DNA from: a virus
Taxonomy: Duplodnaviria > Caudoviricetes
DNA length: 56,815 nucleotides
Virus record (IMG/VR): IMGVR_UViG_3300031952_000019
Span: 1 to 56,815 of that record
Reading direction: 5' to 3' (one strand)
Below are positions 27,355-36,494 of this stretch, in pieces. The position numbers and the translations under genes were made by a program. The number at the start of each line of letters is the position of its first letter. The first letter of the stretch is position 1. The notes under the pieces are model-generated. The model worked only from the letters and a program-made list of their open reading frames with translations. It was not told the origin of the DNA and searched no databases.

Positions 27355-29006
27355 TGGCAGATAAATATTGGATTGGCGGAGACGCAGAATATTGGAATAA
27401 CACTGATAATTGGGCTTCTACAAGCGGAGGAGCGGGAGGAGAGTCTGCCCCTATTACCAGTGATGATATAGCTATTTTTGATATAAATTCAGCCCCCTCA
27501 GATTTTATGGTAATTATAGACCTTTTTATTGCATGTCGTATTAGTATTCTTGACGCTCCTTCTCTTACGTTTCAATTGTTAGGTGGTGGAATATTGTCTT
27601 TACAAGAAGACGTGTTAAATTTATCAAGTTTGCTTGTGTCTAGTGACGCAGTTTTAAATACAAATAATTATGATATGACTGTAGAGTATGCTACATTTAG
27701 TGGTGAGGCTGTTTTTAATTTAGGAGAATCTACTCTGGCACTTACCGGAGCAGGGGGAACGGTATTTACAGGAAGCTCTTTAGGGTCTTTAGTAATCTCT
27801 GGAGGAACAATAGATTTAACAGGAAGTGATATTTATGATGTTGTTAATTGTACAATCATTAATAATTCTTTAGTGGGAGTTTCTCCTGATTTACCCGCTC
27901 CCATCAATGAAGGGAATATTGATGGGGGTGGAAATTTCGGTTGGGATTTTTCATCTACAATTGTTCCATTTACTATTAGTCAAACTTCTGGAATTGTTGA
28001 TATAGAAAATGTTGAGCTGCGTGATAGTGTAGCAATAGGTGGAGCAACATTTAATGCCTTTACTTCTAAAGGGAATAGTGATGGTTGGAATAATGTAGGA
28101 TGGATTTTTACTGGAGGAGATCCAATACCTACTTATTCAATATCAGGAAAAGTAAGAGGATCAATTATCCAAGGAGTAACAATTAATTTAACTGGGGATG
28201 TGATTGAATCAACCGTAACAGACATAAATGGAAATTATGGCTTTTTGGGATTAAGCAATGGGGTGTACATTGTTATTCCCTCTTACCATTCTGAAGAGTA
28301 TATTTTTGTACCGACTCACAAAGATATTGTAATAAATAATAGTAGCGCAATAAATGTAGATTTTGCTACCGATGCTATTTTAATTGGGATGGGCATTGCC
28401 GCTTTTAGTTCTCCAATGTTAGTTTATGGCACACAGCAAATTTCAGCAATTGGTCATTATTCAGATGGGTCAGAAAGGGTAGTAACGCAATTAGTTACTT
28501 GGGTATCTTCAGACCCTTTAGTTGCTACAATAGATTCTGGTGGATTGATTTTAGCCTTGAAGTCTGGGATAACTTTTATCACTGCTACTTATGGGGCTTT
28601 GAAAAGTAGAATAATGTTAAAGGTCGAGCAATTATTTTCCAATGTTTTTTCAGAGGGAGCAGCAACACTTCAACAAATTCCAATTAGCCCCGATCCTGAT
28701 CAGACATTTACTTCTACTGTTTTAGTTGGAGGGAAAAACATAAAGATTAAATTCTTTTTGCGGTGGGATGCTCAGGCTGGTTATTGGGTGATGTCTTTAG
28801 CAGATCCAATCACTCAAAAATATTATGTTGATGGAATTCCCCTTATGGTTGGAGTCCCTCCGACATCTAATTTATTGCAGCCTTATGGATATTTAGGAAT
28901 AGGTAGTTGTTATATTTCTAATGTCAGTAATTTACCAAGTGGAATTCCTAATGATACTAATCTAGGAGTAGATTACGTTATATTGTGGGGAGATACTGAA
29001 GTATGA
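27354..29006 (+). CDS. baseplate plug-like protein with large N-terminal adhesin/Ig extension
   Basis: N-terminal NW..T.GG.GG.S.P module, carboxypeptidase-regulatory-like domain (SISGKV...TDINGNY.F), Big_2 Ig domain (VTWVSSDP.VATIDS.G), C-terminal plug-like domain (IPISPDPDQTF...LRW...GYW.M...GIPL..G...LLQPY.YLGIG). Confidence 0.7.
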   Translation: MADKYWIGGDAEYWNNTDNWASTSGGAGGESAPITSDDIAIFDINSAPSDFMVIIDLFIACRISILDAPSLTFQLLGGGILSLQEDVLNLSSLLVSSDAVLNTNNYDMTVEYATFSGEAVFNLGESTLALTGAGGTVFTGSSLGSLVISGGTIDLTGSDIYDVVNCTIINNSLVGVSPDLPAPINEGNIDGGGNFGWDFSSTIVPFTISQTSGIVDIENVELRDSVAIGGATFNAFTSKGNSDGWNNVGWIFTGGDPIPTYSISGKVRGSIIQGVTINLTGDVIESTVTDINGNYGFLGLSNGVYIVIPSYHSEEYIFVPTHKDIVINNSSAINVDFATDAILIGMGIAAFSSPMLVYGTQQISAIGHYSDGSERVVTQLVTWVSSDPLVATIDSGGLILALKSGITFITATYGALKSRIMLKVEQLFSNVFSEGAATLQQIPISPDPDQTFTSTVLVGGKNIKIKFFLRWDAQAGYWVMSLADPITQKYYVDGIPLMVGVPPTSNLLQPYGYLGIGSCYISNVSNLPSGIPNDTNLGVDYVILWGDTEV

Positions 29007-29998
29007 GTGATAGTGTTTATGGGAGAAAACTAAAATTAACTGTCACAACAGCGTCTGCTACAGCAGGAGCTGAAACTATTACTATAGAGCAAGACGGGTT
29101 TACTCCAGAGCCTTTAAGGGTTACGTTTGAAGTTGATTACCCTGGGTGGAATTCAGGAAATGGCTTTTATTATTCTGAAATAGCAATATATAATCTTAAT
29201 ACACCTACTCAAATGCAATTGGTTGATGAGGGGGCTACAGTTGTTTTAGAAGCGGGATATCAAAATGGAGATTTTGGGGAAATTTTCAGTGGAACTATTT
29301 TTCAATCGTTATTTGAAAGGGAAGGTGTTACAGATACAAAATTGACTTTGCGGTGTTTAGATGGAGCAAGATTGTTAACAGATAATTTCTGTTCTGGTGA
29401 AATGGCTGCTCATCTTTCCCAACAGACTCACTTTCAAGTGGCCATGAATGCTGCCCAGCATACTATTGATTATGATCCTAGTGGAATAAATAAGCTGCGA
29501 ACTATGAAATACCCTAGAGCAGGAGTAATTCATGCAACTCCCGGTGAGATTCTAAGAGAAATTATGAAGTATAAAGATACACAATCACAAGAAGGAAACA
29601 ACGTGTTCTTTTTTACTAAAAAAGGAAAAGTGCTTTTCGGAGAACTTACCGCCGATCCAGACCCAAACTTTATTGTTGTTTCCCCCGGATCGGGTGGGTT
29701 GGTTGGCACTCCCGTTCAAACAATGTATGGAGCCAATTTTGTTTGTCTCTTAAACCCAAAGATAGAGTTGGTAATACCTATGAAGATGGTAAGATTGGAT
29801 ATGAGTTTGGTAAAAGAGCAAAAAGCTTCCATAGGAGAGCTCACAGGTATTTTAGATGAGACTCAAGAGTATGCAGTTATGGGAGTAAGGCATGTTGGAG
29901 ATACGAGAGGTGATTCTTGGTATACTTATGTTACAGGGGTAAACAGAGGTGGAGCGATTCCGTTTGGATTAAAAGTTAAACAGATGATAGGAAAATAG
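29003..29998 (+). CDS. baseplate hub protein
   Basis: I.IYNLN, LEAGY, IFSG.I, GLVGTP, LLNP.I, HVGDTRG..WY. Confidence 0.85.
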   Translation: MSDSVYGRKLKLTVTTASATAGAETITIEQDGFTPEPLRVTFEVDYPGWNSGNGFYYSEIAIYNLNTPTQMQLVDEGATVVLEAGYQNGDFGEIFSGTIFQSLFEREGVTDTKLTLRCLDGARLLTDNFCSGEMAAHLSQQTHFQVAMNAAQHTIDYDPSGINKLRTMKYPRAGVIHATPGEILREIMKYKDTQSQEGNNVFFFTKKGKVLFGELTADPDPNFIVVSPGSGGLVGTPVQTMYGANFVCLLNPKIELVIPMKMVRLDMSLVKEQKASIGELTGILDETQEYAVMGVRHVGDTRGDSWYTYVTGVNRGGAIPFGLKVKQMIGK

Positions 29999-29999
29999 T

Positions 30000-30848
30000 A
30001 TGACATTAGGATTGATACAAAGATTGATAGATTCACCTTCAATGCAATCAGAGATGATACATCGTTACTTTGATCAGTATGATTTTAATCTAAGATGTGC
30101 TGCTCCTGGAATTATTAAAAAGTTTGATAAAGATAAGCAAACAGTTTCAGTTCAATTGGTTATAAAAGATATAATTAGTTTAGATACAAAGAACGGAAGA
30201 GAGGTTAAATCGATACAGATTCCTCTTTTAAAAGATGTGCCAATTGTAATTCCTAGGGCAGGTGGATTTTCAATGACTTTGCCAATTCAAGAGGGAGATG
30301 AATGTTTAGTGATGTTTGCAGATTCTCATATTGATGCTTGGTGGCAGAGTGGGGATGTTCAAGAGCCAATGTCGGCAAGAAGGCACGATCTATCTGATGG
30401 CTTTGCGATATTAGGAACATGGAGCCAGCCGAATATAATTGATGAATATAATGTCGATGATTTAGAAATTAGAAATGAAGATGGAAAAACAAAGATTCAG
30501 ATTAAAGATGACACTGTTAAGATTGTTGTTAATGAAGATACTTTTATCACAGTAAAGGATAAAGAAATAATTATTACTAGTAATGCCACAATAGACATTA
30601 AGAGCACAGGTGCAATGAATATTGAGAGCGAATCCACAATAGACATTAAGAGCGCGGGTGCAATGACAGTTAATAGTGAAGGAACTTTAGACATTAAGAG
30701 CACTGGTGATGTGAGTATTGGGGGAACATCCATCACAATTGCCGAGGGATTACTTGGAGTTGCTAGGATTGGGGATGCTGTTGCCGTAAATATTAGCACT
30801 GGAATAGGAACAATAACAACAGGAAGTTCTTTGGTAAAGGCAGGTTAA
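30000..30848 (+). CDS. baseplate central spike (Gp138-like)
   Basis: DVPI..PRAGGF..T.PI.EGDECL..FAD..ID.WWQSG...RRHDLSDG; 16-aa beta repeats; PAAR-like end. Confidence 0.88.
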   Translation: MTLGLIQRLIDSPSMQSEMIHRYFDQYDFNLRCAAPGIIKKFDKDKQTVSVQLVIKDIISLDTKNGREVKSIQIPLLKDVPIVIPRAGGFSMTLPIQEGDECLVMFADSHIDAWWQSGDVQEPMSARRHDLSDGFAILGTWSQPNIIDEYNVDDLEIRNEDGKTKIQIKDDTVKIVVNEDTFITVKDKEIIITSNATIDIKSTGAMNIESESTIDIKSAGAMTVNSEGTLDIKSTGDVSIGGTSITIAEGLLGVARIGDAVAVNISTGIGTITTGSSLVKAG

Positions 30849-30850
30849 AT

Positions 30851-31213
30851 ATGAGATATAGAAGAATCGTAAATGGGGAGCCTTCTTATGGACAAAGTCA
30901 ACAAGATTTTCTTCAAGGAATAGAAGCTGTAGGGCAAGCGATAGCAACTAGACTCAGCTTGTATTCTGGAGAATGGTGGGAGGATATCTATGACGGTCTT
31001 CCTGTCTGGACAAATTTATTGGGTTATGAGGGAGCTAATAAGACAAAAAGTAATGCAATAATAAAAGCTCGAATATTAGGTACAAAATTAGATAATGTGA
31101 GTTTAGTAACTTCAGTGGAGAATATCACAAATACTTATAATAGTGTTACAAGAAAATATACATTTAAAGGTTACGCAAAAAGTGTATATGGATATATTTC
31201 GATTAGTTCTTAA
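30851..31213 (+). CDS. baseplate wedge / sheath initiator (gp25-like)
   Basis: EAVGQAIATRL.L..GEWW.D...GLP. Confidence 0.8.
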   Translation: MRYRRIVNGEPSYGQSQQDFLQGIEAVGQAIATRLSLYSGEWWEDIYDGLPVWTNLLGYEGANKTKSNAIIKARILGTKLDNVSLVTSVENITNTYNSVTRKYTFKGYAKSVYGYISISS

Positions 31214-31228
31214 AAGGAGAAAGTAATT

Positions 31229-32431
31229 ATGGCATATTTTGACCCTTACATAGATTCTACTGGATTCCATTACCCGACGTATTCAGATATTCTAGAATAT
31301 CTGACGATTAATTATAAAAACATTTATGGGCAAGATGTTTATTTGGGAAACGATGCCGCCGATCATCAATGGATATCTATTTTTGCTCTTATGTTTTATA
31401 ACTCAATGGGAACTTTACAATTAGAGTACGCAAATAGAAGCCCACTTACAGCAGTTGGTGTAGCTTTAGACACTCTATTAAAAGATAATGGAATGACTAG
31501 AAAGCCTGCCACGTATTCTACTTGCTTGTTAGTGATTACAGGAAATGCAGGAACAGTCATCACGAATGGATTTGTAACAGATGTTAATGGGAATGTATGG
31601 GCTTTACCTACAATAACTGTAATAGGGGATGAAGGAACTGTTTCAATAAGTGCTACTTGCCAAACAAGCGGAGCGGTGACGGCTCTTCCGGGAACAATTA
31701 CAAGCATAACTACTCCTCAGTATGGTTGGATTTCTGTAAATAATGAGGTTGCGGCTATTGTTGGATTGCCCTATGAAACAGATGCTCAGTTCAGAGCAAG
31801 ACAGTCTCTAAGTACTCGGTTAGCTTCTCATACAATGCTTGCAGGAACATTTGCAGGAATTGCGGCGGTAGAAAATGTTACTAGGTATAATGTTCATGAA
31901 AATAGTACTAGTTATTTTGATGGAAAATCACCTCCTCATTCAATAGCGGCTGTTGTAGAAGGAGGAACTGATTTAGATGTTGCTACAGCCATTTTTGCAA
32001 ATAGGGGGATTGGTTGCGATACTTATGGAGTAGGAGAATACGGAGTAACGGTAACGGTAATAGATCCTGACACTTTAGCATCGATGGATATTAGTTTTTT
32101 CCGTCCTAACTACCTCCCAATTTATGTTGAAATGTATGTAACAAAACTTATTGGGTATACAGATGCTATAACTGGACAGATTAAGCAGGCTTTGGCGGAT
32201 TATCTTAATTCTTTGCAAATAGGTCAGAATTTAACGATATCTGCTTTATATGGAGCAGCTTTGGCAGTTATGCCTAATATACATGAACCTATGTTTTCAA
32301 TAACTTTAGTGGGAGCAGGGACAGACCCAATGGCTTTGTCAGGAAACGACATAATAGTTGATTTTAATGAAGTTACTCAGGGAATATTGGGTGACTCTCC
32401 TGAGCACATTATTTTGGTGGTGACAGTATGA
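31229..32431 (+). CDS. baseplate J / gp47 family protein
   Basis: ETDAQFRARQ, ENST, PHSIAAVVEGG. Confidence 0.9.
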   Translation: MAYFDPYIDSTGFHYPTYSDILEYLTINYKNIYGQDVYLGNDAADHQWISIFALMFYNSMGTLQLEYANRSPLTAVGVALDTLLKDNGMTRKPATYSTCLLVITGNAGTVITNGFVTDVNGNVWALPTITVIGDEGTVSISATCQTSGAVTALPGTITSITTPQYGWISVNNEVAAIVGLPYETDAQFRARQSLSTRLASHTMLAGTFAGIAAVENVTRYNVHENSTSYFDGKSPPHSIAAVVEGGTDLDVATAIFANRGIGCDTYGVGEYGVTVTVIDPDTLASMDISFFRPNYLPIYVEMYVTKLIGYTDAITGQIKQALADYLNSLQIGQNLTISALYGAALAVMPNIHEPMFSITLVGAGTDPMALSGNDIIVDFNEVTQGILGDSPEHIILVVTV

Positions 32432-33021
32432 TAGCAACAGTTGATAAATATTTGCAGTTAATAACTAGTCAGTACCAGAATTCTCCAAAGTTTTTGGCTT
32501 GGTTATCGACTCCATTAGAAATGTGGTATGGAATTCAAATGTTTGTGGAATCTATGTCAAATTCTTTTGATGTAGACACAGCGGTAGGAGCCCAATTAGA
32601 TACAGTAGGAGTTATATTAGGTCAAAACCGAACTCTTCCTTTTCAACCTACTGATGGCTCGTCAGCATATTTGGAGGATGCAACTTATAGGAAAGTTTTA
32701 AAGTTAAAAACAATGACCAATTATTGGGATGGTTCTCTAGCTGGTATTTATGCAGCTTGGAATTCAGTGTTTCCAGATGTAGATTTATTAATCACAGATA
32801 ATAAAGATATGACGGCAAGTGTGACAATAACAGGTTCATTGACACAAATTGTTATTGATATGATTCATCATGACTTAATTATTCCAAGACCTGAAGGTGT
32901 TGAGTATTGGTATGGAGGAACGATTGGAATTATTGCAATCTTTTCTTACGATTCTGATCTTCTTGATCCTGTATATTTCTTGGGTTATGATGAAGGTTAC
33001 TGGGATAGTACGATAAGTTAA
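32428..33021 (+). CDS. baseplate wedge protein (DUF2612)
   Basis: FDVDTAVGAQLD.VG..LG, D.TYR..LK, N.WDG, DN.DM, PRPEGV. Confidence 0.88.
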   Translation: MIATVDKYLQLITSQYQNSPKFLAWLSTPLEMWYGIQMFVESMSNSFDVDTAVGAQLDTVGVILGQNRTLPFQPTDGSSAYLEDATYRKVLKLKTMTNYWDGSLAGIYAAWNSVFPDVDLLITDNKDMTASVTITGSLTQIVIDMIHHDLIIPRPEGVEYWYGGTIGIIAIFSYDSDLLDPVYFLGYDEGYWDSTIS

Positions 33022-33037
33022 AAAGGAGGATTTATAA

Positions 33038-33820
33038 ATGGCTGGATCAAATAATTTTTTACAATTTGATGTTAATAAGAATAATATCCAAAGCATTGCG
33101 GATTATGTTGCAAGTACTTATCGAACAGGTGGAGTAACTTCTGGAGTTGCTCCTTCGAGTATTCACAATAGATTATTCTATCAATTAAGTACAATGGTGG
33201 CAGCTTTAGGAACAGCTCTTGCGAATAAGGGGTATACAGTTAGTGATGATAGCATAGCGAACTTAACAACTTTATTACAGAGCGTGATAGCGGTCAATGC
33301 TGATTGGAACGCAACTTCTGGGGTTGCTCAAATTTTAAATAAACCAACTATAAGTGCAGTTCCTCCGGGATCAATTTTAGTTTGGCCTACACAGATTGTT
33401 CCTTATGGATATTTAGAATGTAATGGAGCGTCAAAATTGATTACTAGTTATATTGATTTGTATAATGTTATTGGTTATCAATATGGGCAATTAGATTCCT
33501 CTCATTTTAATCTTCCTGATTATCGAGGATATTTTCTACGAGGTTGGGATCATGGAGCAAATAAAGATCCGGATAAATTAACTCGCTCAGATAGAGGTGA
33601 CGGAACCAGTGGAGATCATACTGGTACAAAAGAAGCAGATACTTTTAAGAGCCATGTTCATTCTAATAAACTTCAAGACATGTATCATCCATATAGTTTT
33701 GGTGGTGCTATGCCACAAGTAGGGGCAGGGGGAAATAATGGTAATTACAATACAGATGCTACAGGCGGAAATGAAACTAGACCAATAAACATAAATGTTA
33801 TGTATATTATCAAGACATAA
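33038..33820 (+). CDS. short tail fibre with tail-collar domain
   Basis: VPPGSI..W....PYGYLECNG, LPDYRGYFLRGWD, SHVH, ETRPININVMYIIK. Confidence 0.88.
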   Translation: MAGSNNFLQFDVNKNNIQSIADYVASTYRTGGVTSGVAPSSIHNRLFYQLSTMVAALGTALANKGYTVSDDSIANLTTLLQSVIAVNADWNATSGVAQILNKPTISAVPPGSILVWPTQIVPYGYLECNGASKLITSYIDLYNVIGYQYGQLDSSHFNLPDYRGYFLRGWDHGANKDPDKLTRSDRGDGTSGDHTGTKEADTFKSHVHSNKLQDMYHPYSFGGAMPQVGAGGNNGNYNTDATGGNETRPININVMYIIKT

Positions 33821-34034
33821 AAGGGGTAAAGTAGCGATGATATTAATAGTAAAATTGATTAAAATAGGTTATAATAATCATGTAAAAGATTTGTCTGATA
33901 ATTTGCAGGCAATCTTTGTTATATATAGTAACTCTATAATTGATGCCACTAGCAGGAAAAGTTAAGAGTATGAAATTAATCATGAAGATTCAATAGAAAG
34001 GAGTGGCGTCGAAAAAAGTTTGGAGGAAAAACTT

Positions 34035-34436
34035 ATGAAAAAGATTCTGTTGATATTATTTGTAGTTGTTGTCGGTATATTATGTCCACTCGTTTCGTTG
34101 CATAATGGTGGGACAGCAACACTCCCTCCCGGGACATTGACTAGTGTAGACAAAAGTAAAAATTATTTTGATGAATTGAGGCATCAAGTAGGTTTTTGTG
34201 AAAGCGGGAATAAACATGATGGAGTTTGGGGAGACGGTGGATTGGCGTATGGCAAGTATCAATTTCATAAAAGAACTTTTGATTGGATGAAAAAAAAGGC
34301 TAGAAGACCTGAACTGAAAAGAGAGAACTTACAAGATCAAGAATGGTTGTTTGCGTGGGCGCTTAAAAATGGTTATGGCAGTCATTGGACATGTTATACA
34401 AAAATAATGAAGAAGGGAAAAATATGTGGTACTTAA
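34035..34436 (+). CDS. lysozyme-fold endolysin with N-terminal signal/SAR segment
   Basis: Hydrophobic N-terminus; CESG...GDGG.AYGKYQF...TF. Confidence 0.65.
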   Translation: MKKILLILFVVVVGILCPLVSLHNGGTATLPPGTLTSVDKSKNYFDELRHQVGFCESGNKHDGVWGDGGLAYGKYQFHKRTFDWMKKKARRPELKRENLQDQEWLFAWALKNGYGSHWTCYTKIMKKGKICGT

Positions 34437-34924
34437 ATCCTAAGAATTTGGCGTTAATAGCTTTGTTGGTTGTCAGTGTTATGGCAAGTGGGTTATACCT
34501 TTGGCAACGTAACACCGTTATTAAGCAAAAAAGTGAAATTGGTCTTTTGAAAGTATCAAATGAGAGTTTACAAGGGCAGATCGAAGATTATAAAAAGAAT
34601 ATTCTTGCAATGAAGAAGGCACAAAAAGAACAACAGCAGATAGCAAATGATACAGCACAACTTTTATCGGATGTAAATAAAATGGTTGAATCAAAATGTA
34701 TAGGAGGAAAAGATGAAAAGAGTATTAGTGATATTACTTATTACTTTAATTCTAATGGCAAGCTGTCTTCCGGTAGTACAGAAGCCAACGGAAAAGCAGT
34801 GTCCAAAGCCGATCCGTCCCATATTAGTGGATGGACAACAAAACAACTAGTTGAAAATTATTTGGTGATGATTGATTATGTATTGAAATTGGAAAGGAGT
34901 ATTTCTTGTTATGAAAGCAATTAA
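34424..34924 (+). CDS. i-spanin (Rz-like)
   Basis: Single N-terminal TM segment, coiled coil, C-terminal helix with Cys; contains an embedded lipoprotein gene. Confidence 0.75.
   Translation: MWYLNPKNLALIALLVVSVMASGLYLWQRNTVIKQKSEIGLLKVSNESLQGQIEDYKKNILAMKKAQKEQQQIANDTAQLLSDVNKMVESKCIGGKDEKSISDITYYFNSNGKLSSGSTEANGKAVSKADPSHISGWTTKQLVENYLVMIDYVLKLERSISCYESN
34713..34850 (+). CDS. o-spanin (Rz1-like lipoprotein), embedded in the +1 frame
   Basis: Not in the ORF track. AGGAGG RBS; MKRVLVILLITLILMAS-C lipobox followed by Pro-rich LPVVQKPTEKQCPKPIRPILVDGQQNN. Confidence 0.8.
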   Translation: MKRVLVILLITLILMASCLPVVQKPTEKQCPKPIRPILVDGQQNN

Positions 34925-35153
34925 AGATATATTATTATCATTGTTTGGAGTAGGGGGCATCTCAATGATGAGATTTCTTACTTTCTTTGTGATAGTAGAT
35001 ATAATGTTGGTTTGGACAATATCCTGTGTTAAGGCTGGTTTTGTCATACAAGATATTCCAACAGGAGTCGCAGGAATTTTTCTTGCGATAATTGCGGGTA
35101 AATTAGGGCAAAGATTTGCCGAGAATGATGGAGAACAAAAAAAAGAGAAGTAA
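34911..35153 (+). CDS. holin-like membrane protein
   Basis: Two TM segments, charged C-terminus, within the lysis cassette. Confidence 0.6.
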   Translation: MKAIKDILLSLFGVGGISMMRFLTFFVIVDIMLVWTISCVKAGFVIQDIPTGVAGIFLAIIAGKLGQRFAENDGEQKKEK

Positions 35154-35156
35154 ATT

Positions 35157-35285
35157 ATGGAAGCTTTTTTAATTGGTATAGCAGTTGGAGCAATTGCGGC
35201 CAGTGTTGTGTTTTTCTTTATTTGGAAAAATAATAAAGCAAGGGTTAACGATGCATTGGAAATTGCATATACAAAGTTTAAGTAA
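35157..35285 (+). CDS. small single-TM protein (42 aa)
   Basis: Read manually: MEAFLIGIAVGAIAASVVFFFIWKNNK... Confidence 0.55.
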   Translation: MEAFLIGIAVGAIAASVVFFFIWKNNKARVNDALEIAYTKFK

Positions 35286-35296
35286 AAGGTATTTTT

Positions 35297-35815
35297 ATGA
35301 AGTCAATAATTATTATTGGATGTGCTCCCTGTTGGGAAGAAGATTTTGAAAATTTTAAAATTCTTGTTGATGAGTTTGATGTTATGGCGATAGGGGCTGA
35401 TTGTCCTTACGGTGGAGCCATCCAATATTTTGCCACTTACCATTTTGTGGATATCCCTATTTACAAGATGAGAAGAAAGAATGCGAATTGCAATTTAGAT
35501 TTTAAAGTCATTTGCCATAAAAATCAATTGGCGAGTGGAGAGAAGTTAGATGTTGACATAGTTGAGCTTCACAAGACTCCTTCGGGGTCTTCTTCTTTGT
35601 TGGGGGCGGCAGCGGCAATTCATCTTGGTTATAAAAATATAGTATTGTGTGGGTGTCCCATGGAAGGGGACAACAAGAACAAGATTACCCCCTATAATAC
35701 TTTTCAAATAGGGTGGGCAAGCAGACTTTCAGAAATAAAGAATTATGTTCGTTCCATGAGCGGTTATACAAAGGAGATTTTAGGAAGACCCACAAAAGAA
35801 TGGCTTGGTATTTAA
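35297..35815 (+). CDS. Rossmann-like protein resembling Maf/DUF115/sialyltransferase-fold transferases
   Basis: IIIIGCAP...SGSSSLL...AIHLGYKNIVLCGCPM. Confidence 0.5.
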   Translation: MKSIIIIGCAPCWEEDFENFKILVDEFDVMAIGADCPYGGAIQYFATYHFVDIPIYKMRRKNANCNLDFKVICHKNQLASGEKLDVDIVELHKTPSGSSSLLGAAAAIHLGYKNIVLCGCPMEGDNKNKITPYNTFQIGWASRLSEIKNYVRSMSGYTKEILGRPTKEWLGI

Positions 35816-35838
35816 TAATTGGTTAGGAGACGACCATA

Positions 35839-36390
35839 ATGATATTTAAAAGCATAGGAAAAAATGTTAAGATTTTTAATTCTGCAAAAATAATTTGCCC
35901 AGAAAACATAACAATTGGAGATGAAACTTTAATTGCTGATTTTTCATTTCTTTATGCAGTTGGTAAAGGAATAGAAATTGGTAATTTTTGCCATATAACT
36001 GAGCATGGGATAATTCAGGCTGGTGGTTTGGTAAAGATGGGGGACTTTTCTGCAATAGGCCCACGGACAACTATTTTGGCGGCTTCAGATGATTATGAAG
36101 GAAACGGATTTATTGGGTTGGCTGTGTTTGGTGATAAGTATCGGAAGCTATCATTTAAAGACGTCACTATCGGTCGTCATGCCCATATAGGAATGGGTTG
36201 TATTATAATGCCAGGGGTTACAATCGGGGATGGCTGTTCAATTGGTGCAGGAAGTTTAGTAACAAAAGATATGCCTGAATGGACGATTTGTTATGGGCAT
36301 CCTTGTAAACCAATAAAGGCAAAGCCAAGAGAAAAGCAATTACAGATGGAAAAGGAATTTTTAAACGGGTATTATGGGCATGCTTACTAG
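35839..36390 (+). CDS. left-handed beta-helix (hexapeptide repeat) acyltransferase
   Basis: VTIGRHAHIGMGCIIMPGVTIGDGCSIGAGSLVTKD..W....G.P. Confidence 0.9.
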   Translation: MIFKSIGKNVKIFNSAKIICPENITIGDETLIADFSFLYAVGKGIEIGNFCHITEHGIIQAGGLVKMGDFSAIGPRTTILAASDDYEGNGFIGLAVFGDKYRKLSFKDVTIGRHAHIGMGCIIMPGVTIGDGCSIGAGSLVTKDMPEWTICYGHPCKPIKAKPREKQLQMEKEFLNGYYGHAY

Positions 36391-36494
36391 GGTAGTATGA
36401 TGGTTGCAAACAGAGCATACTTTAACAAGTCCAACAATCCTGTGGTTGTTGGGTGGGACACTTGCCGAGCCTCTGCCCATATTTAAGGAATATT

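Noticed and set aside
34830-34924. Possible frameshift joining the o-spanin to the downstream helix
   Set aside because: The sequence as given already fits the canonical embedded Rz/Rz1 layout
36373-36481. Canonical cobalamin riboswitch or hammerhead ribozyme
   Set aside because: B12-box and CUGANGA/GAAA cores are absent; retained only as an unclassified structure
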